The notes below the pieces were generated by a model. That model was given only the letters and a program-made list of their open reading frames with translations. It was not told where the DNA came from and ran no database searches. Shown here piece by piece: positions 20,765 to 31,183 of a stretch of DNA of 64,000 nt; position 1 is the stretch's first letter, and each line of letters starts with the position of its first letter. Made by a program: the position numbers and the translations under genes. Where the stretch lies: positions 32,001-96,000 of the forward strand of contig JBHLON010000002.1 in NCBI GenBank assembly GCA_048940445.1, in the 5' to 3' direction. The DNA is from Promethearchaeota archaeon (lineage in GTDB: Archaea; Asgardarchaeota; Lokiarchaeia; Sigyniarchaeales; SOKP01).

Positions 20765-21220
20765 ATGACTGAAGAAGAAATAAAAAAAAAAAATTCGAAT
20801 AATCTCATTTTTTTCAATGAAGCATTAGAATATTTAGAGGATTCCGATCAGATAGAAGCTCAAAAATGCAAAATCCTTTCTCTGAAGCGCTCGAATATTT
20901 TACGGGATGAAATGCTTGAAGAATTAAACCATTTGAAAGAAGTTATCATTAATAATCCAGATTTAAAACTAGAATCTTTAAATGAACAGGAAAAAGCAGT
21001 ATTTTTTGATTTTATTGAATATTATTCCATTTGTCCGATATGCAGAAAAACGAATCACTATTCCAATTTAAAAAGAATTTATTTTAACGATACATTGGAG
21101 TCAATTAAAAAGATTCTGATACGAATCATGAATTTTGATGATTCGAAGCGAAGTATTTTCAATTTAAGTTTTGGCATTCCTTGTTGTAAATGTTATAAAA
21201 AATACTTTAATGAAACTTAA
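20765..21220 (+). CDS. Hypothetical zinc-binding protein
   Basis: CPIC...GIPCCKCY. Confidence 0.65.
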   Translation: MTEEEIKKKNSNNLIFFNEALEYLEDSDQIEAQKCKILSLKRSNILRDEMLEELNHLKEVIINNPDLKLESLNEQEKAVFFDFIEYYSICPICRKTNHYSNLKRIYFNDTLESIKKILIRIMNFDDSKRSIFNLSFGIPCCKCYKKYFNET

Positions 21221-21224
21221 TTAA

Positions 21225-21551
21225 TTAACGAAGATACTCAACAACTTTACCAGATTGAGTTATGCTGTATTGTATTTCTCCATCAACAAACTTCTTTTCA
21301 ATGCATAATGCTTTAAGGAGAAAATCAACATGATAATCTAAAATAGAAAATTCTGTTAATAGCTTCTTTTCAGATACTATATCAAATAAATCATTTCTTG
21401 AAATTTTTTTTGAATTATTAATAATATTAAGAAGTTCTTTCCTAATGGGATGATTTACCGCTTTTAAGTAAAGCGTATGATATTCACGACTTCCATTAAG
21501 AGTTTCGCATGCTTCTTCTACAGTCTTATAATTCTCAGACTCATCTGGCAT
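21225..21551 (-). CDS. ArsR-like winged-helix transcriptional regulator
   Basis: LKAVNHPIRKELL...LDYHVDFL...YSITQSG. Confidence 0.75.
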   Translation of the reverse strand: MPDESENYKTVEEACETLNGSREYHTLYLKAVNHPIRKELLNIINNSKKISRNDLFDIVSEKKLLTEFSILDYHVDFLLKALCIEKKFVDGEIQYSITQSGKVVEYLR

Positions 21552-21648
21552 ATATGATAAAAAATATCAATTAAGAAAAACTTTTACTCATAAATCTATT
21601 AAAATTAAATTTAATGATTAAAAATAATCTAGAAGAGATGATATAAAT

Positions 21649-22710
21649 ATGGATTTAAGTGAAATCAAAAAGATACTAGGTTCAGAAGCAGAAGACTTAC
21701 TAAGTCATACATGTACAGGTATTCCAAAAAATATGATTCATATTCCTGGTCCTGATTTTATAGAGCGTATATTCGAAAAATCGGATCGAAATAATATAGT
21801 TTTGGGAAATATGGAACGTTTATTTAATCAACGTGGGAGGCTAGCAGGTACGGGTTACTTATCCATCTTACCTGTTGACCAAGGAATTGAACATAGTGGC
21901 TCAGCAAGCTTCGCAGCAAACCCATCTTATTTTGATCCTGAAAATATTATAAAGCTGGCACTTGATGGGGGGTGTAATGCAGTAGCCTCTACTCTTGGGG
22001 TTTTAGGAGTAACGAGCAGGAGATATGCAAGAAAGATTCCTTATATTGTAAAAATTAATCATAATGAACTTTTAACGAAACCAGAAATTTCTGATCAAAC
22101 TCTCTTTGCAAGTGTAGATCAGGCATGGAGTATGGGAGCTATTGCTGTAGGAGCAACCATCTACTTCGGATCTAAAGAATCTCGGAGACAGATTCAAGAA
22201 GTTAGTGATGCATTCCGTTATGCTCATGAACTTGGATTAGTTTGTATTTTATGGTGCTATTTAAGAAATAAAGAGGAATTTATAAAGGATGGGAAAGATT
22301 ATCATACAGCTAACGATTTAGAATCCCAAGCAAATCATATTGGAGTGACTATTGAAGCAGATATAGTAAAACAAAAGATATCTACAATTAGTAGAGGTTT
22401 TCTTGATTTAAGGTTCGGGAAAACTGATAATCTTGTTTATGAAAAACTTGCAAAAGATAATCCTTTAGAATGGAATCGATACCAAGTAGCAAACTGTTAT
22501 ATGGGACGTGTGGGCTTGATTAATTCCGGTGGTGAATCTGGCGGTAATGACCTTCAAGATGCTGTAAAGGCTGCTGTAATTAATAAGCGTTCAGGTGGTA
22601 CGGGACTTATTCTTGGACGAAAAGCATTTAAAAAACCAACACCAGAAGGAATTAAAATTCTGAATGCAGTACAGGATGTATATTTATGCGATGAAATTAC
22701 AATTGCCTAA
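21649..22710 (+). CDS. fbaB: Class I fructose-bisphosphate aldolase (FbaB/DhnA type)
   Basis: [27 protein letters not shown] Schiff-base Lys, [16 protein letters not shown]. Confidence 0.95.
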   Translation: MDLSEIKKILGSEAEDLLSHTCTGIPKNMIHIPGPDFIERIFEKSDRNNIVLGNMERLFNQRGRLAGTGYLSILPVDQGIEHSGSASFAANPSYFDPENIIKLALDGGCNAVASTLGVLGVTSRRYARKIPYIVKINHNELLTKPEISDQTLFASVDQAWSMGAIAVGATIYFGSKESRRQIQEVSDAFRYAHELGLVCILWCYLRNKEEFIKDGKDYHTANDLESQANHIGVTIEADIVKQKISTISRGFLDLRFGKTDNLVYEKLAKDNPLEWNRYQVANCYMGRVGLINSGGESGGNDLQDAVKAAVINKRSGGTGLILGRKAFKKPTPEGIKILNAVQDVYLCDEITIA

Positions 22711-22867
22711 CTAAAATTTAAACAAACATTTTTTCTCTTTTTATAATCTCAGTCGGTGAATCAAGTAATAAATATTGGACTACAATAACTTAAATAAATG
22801 TAATTTTCATATAGATCATAAGCTAAAAGAAGATAAAAGAAAATGATCAAAATAAGAGAGTTAAAAA

Positions 22868-23545
22868 ATGGGTAAAGAATATTATCGGCCTGCAGGAGAA
22901 AATCCTTATAAAGTGAGAAATACTCCTTCAAAAGTGCAAAATCAAACTCCACCAAAAGATACTCCAATAAATTTTAAGACGGAGCGTGTTTGTCCTGCAT
23001 GCGGTAAAATCATTAAAATTAGCCACAATTTTTGTAAATTTTGTGGAATTGACTTGAGCACTATTATTCCATTGGGTGATTCTGATAGAACCGTAATAGA
23101 GTTAGCTAAAACAGCCTTAACTGACCAAGATGCAGATGTAAGAAGAGATGCTGTTAATACAATCGGAGACTTAGGAGAACGTGATGTTCTTGGTATTTTA
23201 ACATATATCTTAATAAATGATATTGATGCTTTGGTAAGAAAAGAAGCAGCTAATGAATTGGGAAATAAACATAATACAATTTCGATCGATATACTCACTA
23301 AGGCCTTAAAAGATAGAAGTCCAATTGTTAGAAAACAAGCAATTGAAGCTTTAAAGAGAATTAAAAAGCTGGCACATCCAGAGCAAAAACATGATAAGAT
23401 AGTTGAACAACAAGTACCATTAGAAAGGGAGGTAGAGAGTGAACAAAAAGCTGATTCTAATCATGAAGTATCTGAAGAAGAGGACAAAATAGAAGATCCC
23501 CTAAGAGAAATAGACCCTCATGACGATGATTTCTATAACGTATAA
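22868..23545 (+). CDS. Zinc-ribbon plus HEAT-repeat protein with acidic tail
   Basis: CPACG...FCKFCG; three DxxVRxxA HEAT repeats. Confidence 0.8.
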   Translation: MGKEYYRPAGENPYKVRNTPSKVQNQTPPKDTPINFKTERVCPACGKIIKISHNFCKFCGIDLSTIIPLGDSDRTVIELAKTALTDQDADVRRDAVNTIGDLGERDVLGILTYILINDIDALVRKEAANELGNKHNTISIDILTKALKDRSPIVRKQAIEALKRIKKLAHPEQKHDKIVEQQVPLEREVESEQKADSNHEVSEEEDKIEDPLREIDPHDDDFYNV

Positions 23546-23565
23546 GTTGATACTAATTAAATATA

Positions 23566-24501
23566 CTATTTATTTGCGCTTGGGACTTTAGGTAGTTTTC
23601 GTTTTACTGGTTTAGAGTTGCCTTCCACTTTATTTTGTTTATTAGAGATTGTTTTAATTTGTTTCAAATCTTCTGCCCTTTTTAAAACTTCTATAGCCTC
23701 TACAATCCCTTTTTTCTCATCAAAATAAATCCTAAATTTATTTTTATCTAGTATCATCACTTCCTTTGGAACCTTCTTAATCTCTTCCCAGGAAGTGTCA
23801 ACTACGTTCTTTCCAAATACTTTGACAACTTTTGAAACAGCTCCATAAAGAGAATGCCCTAAAATTAAATTCTGGCGTTCATAATTGGCAGGAACATCTA
23901 ATTCTAATATCCTCTTCTTAATTTTCTCTTTCTCCTCTTCAGATAAACTAATAACCTCTTTAGTATAGGGAGTTCTTATATGTTGAGTACCTATTCTCTT
24001 ACCAGGTTGAGCTTCTACAGCAAATGAAGAAATAATAACATCATCAGTAATATTTTCCAAACCGGGAGAATAATAAACTTCTTTCGTGTTCTGTTCTTCA
24101 ACTTTACCCAGAGTTTTAAATTGTTGTTTTTCAATATTTCGAATATAACGCATATCTGGTAATCGTTCTTTTACTTCCATTGATTCCAATTTAAACGCGT
24201 TGAGAAATTCTTGTAGTTCATCACCTTGATCAATTGACACTATCTTACATCTATGATATCGTGGATCATCCATAAGTTCTTTTTGTAATTCTTGAGCAAC
24301 TTTAGAACTAATAAATCTTTTCCTTACAGGAGATTTTGAGCCTTTCCATATATATATTCTTCTCAAATCTTCACGTATAATTATTAAAACTTGTTCGGGG
24401 TTTAAATGAGTTTGAAGTTCATCTTGTTTTATTTTTAGAATCTTGCGTTCCCCTGTATTCTCTAAATCAAATACCACGAATTCATCATATACTTCTACCA
24501 T
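23566..24501 (-). CDS. Gelsolin-domain protein (one gelsolin domain plus extra C-terminal domain)
   Basis: LNPEQVLII...RIYIWKGSKSPVRKRF...IDQGDELQEFLNAF gelsolin-repeat signature. Confidence 0.8.
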   Translation of the reverse strand: MVEVYDEFVVFDLENTGERKILKIKQDELQTHLNPEQVLIIIREDLRRIYIWKGSKSPVRKRFISSKVAQELQKELMDDPRYHRCKIVSIDQGDELQEFLNAFKLESMEVKERLPDMRYIRNIEKQQFKTLGKVEEQNTKEVYYSPGLENITDDVIISSFAVEAQPGKRIGTQHIRTPYTKEVISLSEEEKEKIKKRILELDVPANYERQNLILGHSLYGAVSKVVKVFGKNVVDTSWEEIKKVPKEVMILDKNKFRIYFDEKKGIVEAIEVLKRAEDLKQIKTISNKQNKVEGNSKPVKRKLPKVPSANK

Positions 24502-24686
24502 AAAAAATTCCCAACTTTTTACGTACTAATAATTATCGAAAATATTAAATAAGGAAATTGTTCCCTTTCTATTCTTTTCAGTCTACCAAAATATAAAATT
24601 ACTAAAATAAAAATTTATTTAATCAATTAATTTGGATTACTATTAAAATTATAACCTAAACTTTTTCTATCAAATTATTCAATTGT

Positions 24687-25487
24687 TTAGAATGTTCTAG
24701 GAAACCTTCCACCTCTTCGATAAGGGCCTCTCCAAACTGGGCCTAGTCTAAATCCTGGACTAGGTCCCATAGTGTCGTGCAACACGTTATCTATAGATAA
24801 AACAAATCCTACTAAAATACGACGATCTGTTTCGTTATCTAAGATTTTTAGAGCATAAATATCAGTGAAGTCAAAAATACCTCCTAAAAAAACATCACGC
24901 CAACGATCTGCTTTTTCGATTTCTGCAATTAAGTTTCTTGAGGTTACTTCATAAATCTTAAAAGACCAGCCCATAAAATCCCCTTCAGCTGTATACCATC
25001 TCTGTCCCGAAGGATCTTCAAGATAGAAGACATTTCGAAAGAATGTTAAAATTTTTCTTTTTATTCTCGCAATCAACTTTCCTGATGGATCTTTTAAATC
25101 TTGCGCTCCACGTGCTGAAATAATTTTACTATGGATTGTAGCAGCAACAGTTCCATCGACTTCTTGAAGTTCAACTCGCCTTCTAATACTAAAAATTACT
25201 CTATTCATTTTCCCGATTAAATTTCCTTTTTCATCCTTTATATCACCAAATCCCATATCCCACATTCGTTCTTTGATCAAGTAATAATTCCTGTTAATAT
25301 CAAATAAGCTTGTTTCCTCACGTTTTATAGATTTAGTATCCATTTCTTGGGGTTTAATCTTTATATTTGGGGAAATATCTCTTTCCGGTTGTCCTCTTAA
25401 CTCAGTTCCACATTTTTCGCAATACTTTTGATCACGTGAAGTAATTTTTTCACCACAATTCTGACAAAACAATTCTTCTCTCTCCAA
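24687..25487 (-). CDS. Zinc-ribbon plus LURP-one/scramblase (Tubby C-like) protein
   Basis: FCQNCG...YCEKCG; repeated hxDxxGxxhAxhxxKhhs beta-hairpins; C-terminal hydrophobic helix ILVGFVLSID. Confidence 0.75.
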   Translation of the reverse strand: MEREELFCQNCGEKITSRDQKYCEKCGTELRGQPERDISPNIKIKPQEMDTKSIKREETSLFDINRNYYLIKERMWDMGFGDIKDEKGNLIGKMNRVIFSIRRRVELQEVDGTVAATIHSKIISARGAQDLKDPSGKLIARIKRKILTFFRNVFYLEDPSGQRWYTAEGDFMGWSFKIYEVTSRNLIAEIEKADRWRDVFLGGIFDFTDIYALKILDNETDRRILVGFVLSIDNVLHDTMGPSPGFRLGPVWRGPYRRGGRFPRTF

Positions 25488-25614
25488 CTGAAAATCTTTA
25501 TTTAAGCATCAAAAAGTAAATTAATTTAATAAATTTAAGGATAAGGTGTAAAGGAAATTTTTTAATAAACTAAGCTTTTATTTATAATAAAAAGAAAAAA
25601 GTTATAATCATTTT

Positions 25615-26382
25615 ATGTCTACGATTCCGAAATCATTAAAATTAAAAGATTATATCACATTGGTTGGTACAACTTTAGGGTTGATTGCTATAATTTTTGC
25701 TGGTATAGGGAGGCGTGATGCAATTTCTTTTGGATTTTTTCTTATTACCCTTTCTTTAGGTACAGATTTGATCGATGGATATATTGCTCGGAAAACTGGG
25801 ACTGTAAATGAAATGGGGAAACAACTTGATTCGCTAAGTGATAGTTTAACTTTTGGAATTGCCCCTGCAATTCTAACTTTTCAAGGCTTTAAGAGGGGTA
25901 CTCCTTATGATATTATCTTATTGATCGCCTGTATTCTTTTTGCCATGGGTGCCATGCTAAGACTAGCTAGGTTTAATATTCAGGAAGCAAAAGGCTATTC
26001 TGGTGTCCCTAGCCCTGCAAGCGCTTTAATGATGATTGTATTCTTTTATGCTAATTATTTCTATTCATTTGCTTTAGGGGGAATAAACTATCCATTTCTA
26101 GAGATAGCCTATTATACGATCCCCTTTTTCTTAGTGTTTATCAGTTGGTTAAATATTACCACCCATATAAGTTTTGGAGAGAAAGGAAAAACCACTTATA
26201 TAGTTATTATTTTATTTGCCCCTACTTGTCCTGTTTTTGGAATTATTGGAATTCTCAACCCAAATTTCGTAATATCAATTGTAGCAGCGATCTTTTTTAC
26301 AAGCTCTTTTTTTGGATTATTAATTTATGTAATCTACCGACTTTTTCATAGATTTTATAAAACTAAAAAAAAAACCACATAA
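25615..26382 (+). CDS. pssA: CDP-alcohol phosphatidyltransferase, PssA/archaetidylserine synthase-like
   Basis: DLIDGYIAR...GKQLDSLSDSLTFGIAP, LRLARFN, GVPSP. Confidence 0.8.
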   Translation: MSTIPKSLKLKDYITLVGTTLGLIAIIFAGIGRRDAISFGFFLITLSLGTDLIDGYIARKTGTVNEMGKQLDSLSDSLTFGIAPAILTFQGFKRGTPYDIILLIACILFAMGAMLRLARFNIQEAKGYSGVPSPASALMMIVFFYANYFYSFALGGINYPFLEIAYYTIPFFLVFISWLNITTHISFGEKGKTTYIVIILFAPTCPVFGIIGILNPNFVISIVAAIFFTSSFFGLLIYVIYRLFHRFYKTKKKTT

Positions 26383-26397
26383 TTGTTAATTAGGACT

Positions 26398-28311
26398 TTA
26401 TAAAATATGAGTTTTCCATTCTTCAATATTAATCATAATTTCTCTTACGTTATCAGGAGTTAAGAGATTTAATTGTTCTTTATATTTATTTATCATACTA
26501 CGTAATTTATGGAGGGTAACCGAAAATCCTTTAGTTTCTAAAATTAAATCTGCAACTTTTTGCAATTCAATGCTAAATTCTTCCCCTTTCAAAGTACCTA
26601 ATTTTTGGATTAAAATATTAAATGCATTATTAATCAACATGGATGACTCATCTAGCGCTTTAGGTGTTACTTTTGATATGAATTCAGAATGTTGCTGAAC
26701 TTGTTGAGGTAAATTTGTCTCTGCCGTGTAATTGAGGGGAATTTCTTGAGGTGGTTGCGCTTTAGGCATCCTTCCATAATTTGGGTGATCGTCTTGAACA
26801 TCTAAAGCCTTGGGAAGAATATTTACATTTGTAACATCTGTTTTTATAGGTTTTGTAGTTGAAAAATATTTTGGAGCTTGGTGTAATTCATTAACTGCCT
26901 TTGTCCAAAATGAATCTATGATGGGGTTTAATAATTCTATGAAAGGTTTATAATTTGTTCCAATTCCTATGAAATTATTGAGTTTATCTTTCGATTCAGT
27001 TACGCTAATACCTATGATTAAATAGTTGGTATTTGATTTTACTATAAATAGATTATCATTTTTAAGAGTTCGATATTCAAAATTTTGAATTTCTTTTAAT
27101 TTCCTAACACTACTATTAGTAAAAGCCTCTGAGGATGCTACCTTTACCTTTACGTTTCGGGATACTGGTTTGAACTCTTCAAATATTAAATTATCTTCTA
27201 ATTTCGGAATTATTAAAAGAATTTCTGTTTTAGAATTCTTAACTAAATTTTGAACTTCTTCATTTACCTTTAAAATACTATTAACAACCCATAAATTATT
27301 CATTTGTATATTTTCAGGTTTAAAAATTTTTTTAAAATCATTCATTACATTGTTTATCGGATTGCTCAGAGCAGCAACAGAATCTACAGAATTTTTAATA
27401 ACCCTATCAAGATTTTTTATAATGCTCTCCTGGAATTCTTCTAAGTCCCTTGATAACAATTCTTTCTTTTTCTTTATTAAATCGAAAATTGAAGTCATTT
27501 TTAATTCGAAACCATTTATAGTGTTTATTAAAAGCATTTTAAAATCATCCCTAAATTGGAGGCTAGATTCGATAATATTATTTAAAGATTCTATTTTCTT
27601 ATTAATCTCTTCTTCGATATGACCATGTAAATCCTCAGCAAATTTATTTATAGAATTATTTATTTTTTTATTGAATGCATCTTCTACAATCATTTTGACT
27701 TCTTTTTCATACTTTTTAAGGCCCAATAATTCAAGTTCATTAAGTATATCTTTTTTTATATTTAATAGAGTCTTATTTAAAGTTTGAAATTGGCTGTTAA
27801 TTACTTTAATGATAGTTTGATGGAGATCATCTAGAACTTCTTCCATCATTCGGAAATTTTCCATTCCCTTAACGATATCTTCAACTTCTTGCTTTTGAAT
27901 AATTGTTTCTTCCTGAATATCGTTTCTAATATCTTGAGATGCATTAAGGATTGTATTTAATTCAATTAGTTTATTATCTTTAAATAGTTTACTTAAAGAA
28001 TTAGCTAATAATTGGTGTAATTGATTTTTGATACTTCCAAGGTTAGCATTTACGTTAGTTAAGTACTTTACGATTGGATTAAAGGGGGGTAGTACCAAAT
28101 ATTGGGTTATATCCCCTCCTCTTTGAGGAGTTATTGATAATAATAGACCTGCAGCCTCTAATTCTTTGATTACTTTTAGAAATTCTTGTTGGGAGATTAT
28201 AGGTATTAATGAATACAATTCATTTGAAGATAAAGGTTTTCTACCTAATGAATCAATGTAAATTTTTATAGCGTACTCTGAGAGCTGAATTTGTTTTAAA
28301 AATTCCTCCAT
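26398..28311 (-). CDS. TrmB-like wHTH + long coiled coil + PLD-like effector domain protein
   Basis: LSEYAIKIY...IKELEAAGLL...YLVLPP N-terminus; ~250-aa heptad-rich region; KTEILLIIP...VKVKVA effector-like domain. Confidence 0.65.
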   Translation of the reverse strand: MEEFLKQIQLSEYAIKIYIDSLGRKPLSSNELYSLIPIISQQEFLKVIKELEAAGLLLSITPQRGGDITQYLVLPPFNPIVKYLTNVNANLGSIKNQLHQLLANSLSKLFKDNKLIELNTILNASQDIRNDIQEETIIQKQEVEDIVKGMENFRMMEEVLDDLHQTIIKVINSQFQTLNKTLLNIKKDILNELELLGLKKYEKEVKMIVEDAFNKKINNSINKFAEDLHGHIEEEINKKIESLNNIIESSLQFRDDFKMLLINTINGFELKMTSIFDLIKKKKELLSRDLEEFQESIIKNLDRVIKNSVDSVAALSNPINNVMNDFKKIFKPENIQMNNLWVVNSILKVNEEVQNLVKNSKTEILLIIPKLEDNLIFEEFKPVSRNVKVKVASSEAFTNSSVRKLKEIQNFEYRTLKNDNLFIVKSNTNYLIIGISVTESKDKLNNFIGIGTNYKPFIELLNPIIDSFWTKAVNELHQAPKYFSTTKPIKTDVTNVNILPKALDVQDDHPNYGRMPKAQPPQEIPLNYTAETNLPQQVQQHSEFISKVTPKALDESSMLINNAFNILIQKLGTLKGEEFSIELQKVADLILETKGFSVTLHKLRSMINKYKEQLNLLTPDNVREIMINIEEWKTHIL

Positions 28312-28465
28312 ATTAATACACTTATTATTCTCTTAGTTCTAATTATCAATCTCACTTACATTAATAAGTAATATCAAATTTTACTTTTTAAAACTTTGGA
28401 AGAAAAAAATATTTAAAAAATTAAAATCTTAAACTAAATTAAAACGAATTTAAGTTTATAATTTT

Positions 28466-29659
28466 ATGAAAACACTTTATGAAGAAATTTATTTCTATTT
28501 AGATCTAACAAAAGATCTGATAAAAAAAAAAGATCTGATAAAGGCAATTAAATTTTACATCTCTGAGAAAAATAAAAGTAATCTCAAAGGACACTATGGG
28601 TTATTAATTTTTCAAGAAGAAGGTAATCCAATATTCATTATTGAAAAAAAAGATTCTAATATTATAACGAATGCCATAGAAGAAAATTGGAAATCACGCC
28701 CTAAGAAAAAGTCTTATTTCGAAAACGGTCTATTCTATATTTTTTCTTATATTGCGGAAACTGTGAGAAAGAAGTCAAAGATGAATAGAATAATTGTAAT
28801 AACTGATACCCCCAGTGATTTATCTGAAGATTATACTGAAGCTCTTTTCAATTTAATCTCAAAAATCAAAACATTCCCTACTTTTATTGATATTGTTCGA
28901 ATATCTAAACAAGATGAAAGATTTTTTAAAGATGATGTGAAATTGAATATCTTAGCGAGCGATACTAAAGGAAGCATTTTTTATGTACATGATAAAAATA
29001 GTTTTTTTGATATTATAGAACATCTAATCGAATCCAAACAAATGACTTTAACTGAACAGAATAAGCTTAAAATTAAAAAAGAGGATTATAAATTTTATTC
29101 CAAGTTAGCTAAAGATTTAATACACCCTTCTGAAAGATTCACAGAAGTAAAATGTTATTTATGTCATGAAGCTATCTGCCCTGTTTGTACTGATATATTT
29201 GACATCCCAAATTATTGTGAAAATTGTGGTAGTGCTTTTCATAACTGTTGCATTACAAATTTTACAATTCAAAACAATATTGGTATCCCTCATATTTTCA
29301 GATGTCCAAAATGTGATGTTCTATTAAAGATCAAACAAGATGAGATAGTTGAATTGAAAGATGATAGGACAAAATCGGTTGAACAATATATTGAGAGTGA
29401 GTTTACTGGTTTAAAACCTGAGGTTGTAGAATCAAAGAGTCACCTAAAACGAGTTAAAGTCGGTGGTTTTTTCGGGAAGTTTTATTCTGTAAAAAAGGAA
29501 GCCGATAAACTGGTTTATAAAAAAATCTCTCATAAACCTCAAACCTACCTAAAAAGTAAAAATGGGAGTACCTTTACTATTTGTCCTGAATGTAATACTC
29601 AAATAAAGGGAACTAAAGAGCATTTTAAGCATTGTCCTTATTGTGGGCATAAATTTTGA
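28466..29659 (+). CDS. vWA + RING/PHD-like Zn finger + C-terminal Zn ribbon protein, paralog 1
   Basis: YGLLIF, SYFENGL, RIIVITDTP, FIDIVRI (vWA); CYLC-CPVC-CENC-HNCC-CPKC; CPEC...CPYC. Confidence 0.75.
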   Translation: MKTLYEEIYFYLDLTKDLIKKKDLIKAIKFYISEKNKSNLKGHYGLLIFQEEGNPIFIIEKKDSNIITNAIEENWKSRPKKKSYFENGLFYIFSYIAETVRKKSKMNRIIVITDTPSDLSEDYTEALFNLISKIKTFPTFIDIVRISKQDERFFKDDVKLNILASDTKGSIFYVHDKNSFFDIIEHLIESKQMTLTEQNKLKIKKEDYKFYSKLAKDLIHPSERFTEVKCYLCHEAICPVCTDIFDIPNYCENCGSAFHNCCITNFTIQNNIGIPHIFRCPKCDVLLKIKQDEIVELKDDRTKSVEQYIESEFTGLKPEVVESKSHLKRVKVGGFFGKFYSVKKEADKLVYKKISHKPQTYLKSKNGSTFTICPECNTQIKGTKEHFKHCPYCGHKF

Positions 29660-29807
29660 CATAATTTCATTTAATTTCGGGAAGAGATACACTATTTTTT
29701 AAAAAAATATAGAATAAGATAAGATCAATAAAAATAAATAAAAATTCTATTATTATTTTATATAAACTAATAACTTTTTTACGTAATTTTTTTTAATTGG
29801 TGTTGAG

Positions 29808-31109
29808 ATGTTTGGGAAAGCTTCGGTTAATTCAGAAGAATTCATATTCTACATTGATCTTTTATCGGATTTCTTAAAAAAGAAGGTATTAACGAGAGCT
29901 ATTAACATATTTATTAAAGATAGAGAAAAATTTAATAGTTTAAGTTCATATGGGATAATTTTATTCCAAGAAAAGGGGGCTCCTGTGACTTTATATGATC
30001 AAAAAGGAGCAGATCCATTAGTCAAGACTATAGAAGAATATTGGGACAGTCGAGAAATTAATATGAGTTATCTGGAAAATGGCTTATTCGAAATCTTATC
30101 ATACGTATTTAGGAAAATCAGGACAGCTAGGAAAAATTATAGAATAATTATAATATCTGATACACCAAGTTCTCTTTCTGAAGAATATCATAATGCATTA
30201 TATGATTTATTATTAAAAGCTAGAAAATTTGACACATTTATTGATATTATTAGATTGGGGGACCAGAAATTTTATGATGATGATGTAAAGTTAAAAGTAA
30301 TTGTTTCAGAAACTCATGGTGGTGTATTTTACTGCAATGATGCTAAATTATTTCAAAATATTTTAGGGTCTTTAATTCAGAGTAAGACAGAATTTAATGT
30401 TATCCACTCAAATGAAACAGAACAAATACTTAAAGAAGATAAATTATTCTATGAAAAACTTGCAGTAGATTTAATATCTTTAGGTTCTGATGAATCAGAA
30501 AAATGTGATATCTGTGAACAAGATTTATGTCCAATATGTGAAGCTTATTCTGACGAAATCCATAAATGCTTTAATTGTAATGCTAAATATCACGCATGTT
30601 GTGGAGCAGAATATTCAATTGCTAATAATATTGGATTTAAACATTTATTTAGATGCGTAAAGTGTGACACTCTATTGAAATTGGATGAGGATTTTGTAAA
30701 TTTAATCTATCAAGAGAATCATGCAGAACAAATAGAAGTTGATTATGAGGAGCAATATATTGAAGAAATTAATGTTCAATCTACCGAGAAACTAGCTAAT
30801 GACGTTCCAATAGAACAAATTGTGCGTGAAAGTGAACCCAATTATAAAAAAGTCCGAGTAGGTGGATATTTCGGCCCAGAAATTATTATCGAAACAAAAA
30901 ATGGTAATAAACCAAAAATATTAGAGCCTATGACAAATCCTGTAATAAGAGATTCTGAAGACTCTGAAACATCTACATTAATGCAAGAAAAAATATCTAT
31001 TACGTCATTAAGGCCTCCTAAGAGAAAAACAATCAATCTGTGTAGAATATGTGGCACAACTCTTAGAAATACTTCTATTTGCCCAAATTGTGGAGCAAGA
31101 GTTGATTAA
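29808..31109 (+). CDS. vWA + RING/PHD-like Zn finger + C-terminal Zn ribbon protein, paralog 2
   Basis: Collinear with 28466-29659: SSYGIILF, SYLENGL, RIIIISDTP, SETHGG; CDIC-CPIC-CFNC-HACC-CVKC; CRIC...CPNC. Confidence 0.75.
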   Translation: MFGKASVNSEEFIFYIDLLSDFLKKKVLTRAINIFIKDREKFNSLSSYGIILFQEKGAPVTLYDQKGADPLVKTIEEYWDSREINMSYLENGLFEILSYVFRKIRTARKNYRIIIISDTPSSLSEEYHNALYDLLLKARKFDTFIDIIRLGDQKFYDDDVKLKVIVSETHGGVFYCNDAKLFQNILGSLIQSKTEFNVIHSNETEQILKEDKLFYEKLAVDLISLGSDESEKCDICEQDLCPICEAYSDEIHKCFNCNAKYHACCGAEYSIANNIGFKHLFRCVKCDTLLKLDEDFVNLIYQENHAEQIEVDYEEQYIEEINVQSTEKLANDVPIEQIVRESEPNYKKVRVGGYFGPEIIIETKNGNKPKILEPMTNPVIRDSEDSETSTLMQEKISITSLRPPKRKTINLCRICGTTLRNTSICPNCGARVD

Positions 31110-31183
31110 ATGTTTTTCTACCTAATTAAAAGATTTAATTTTATCGTATTTTTATTTATTATTAGAAAAATATAAAATTAGAT

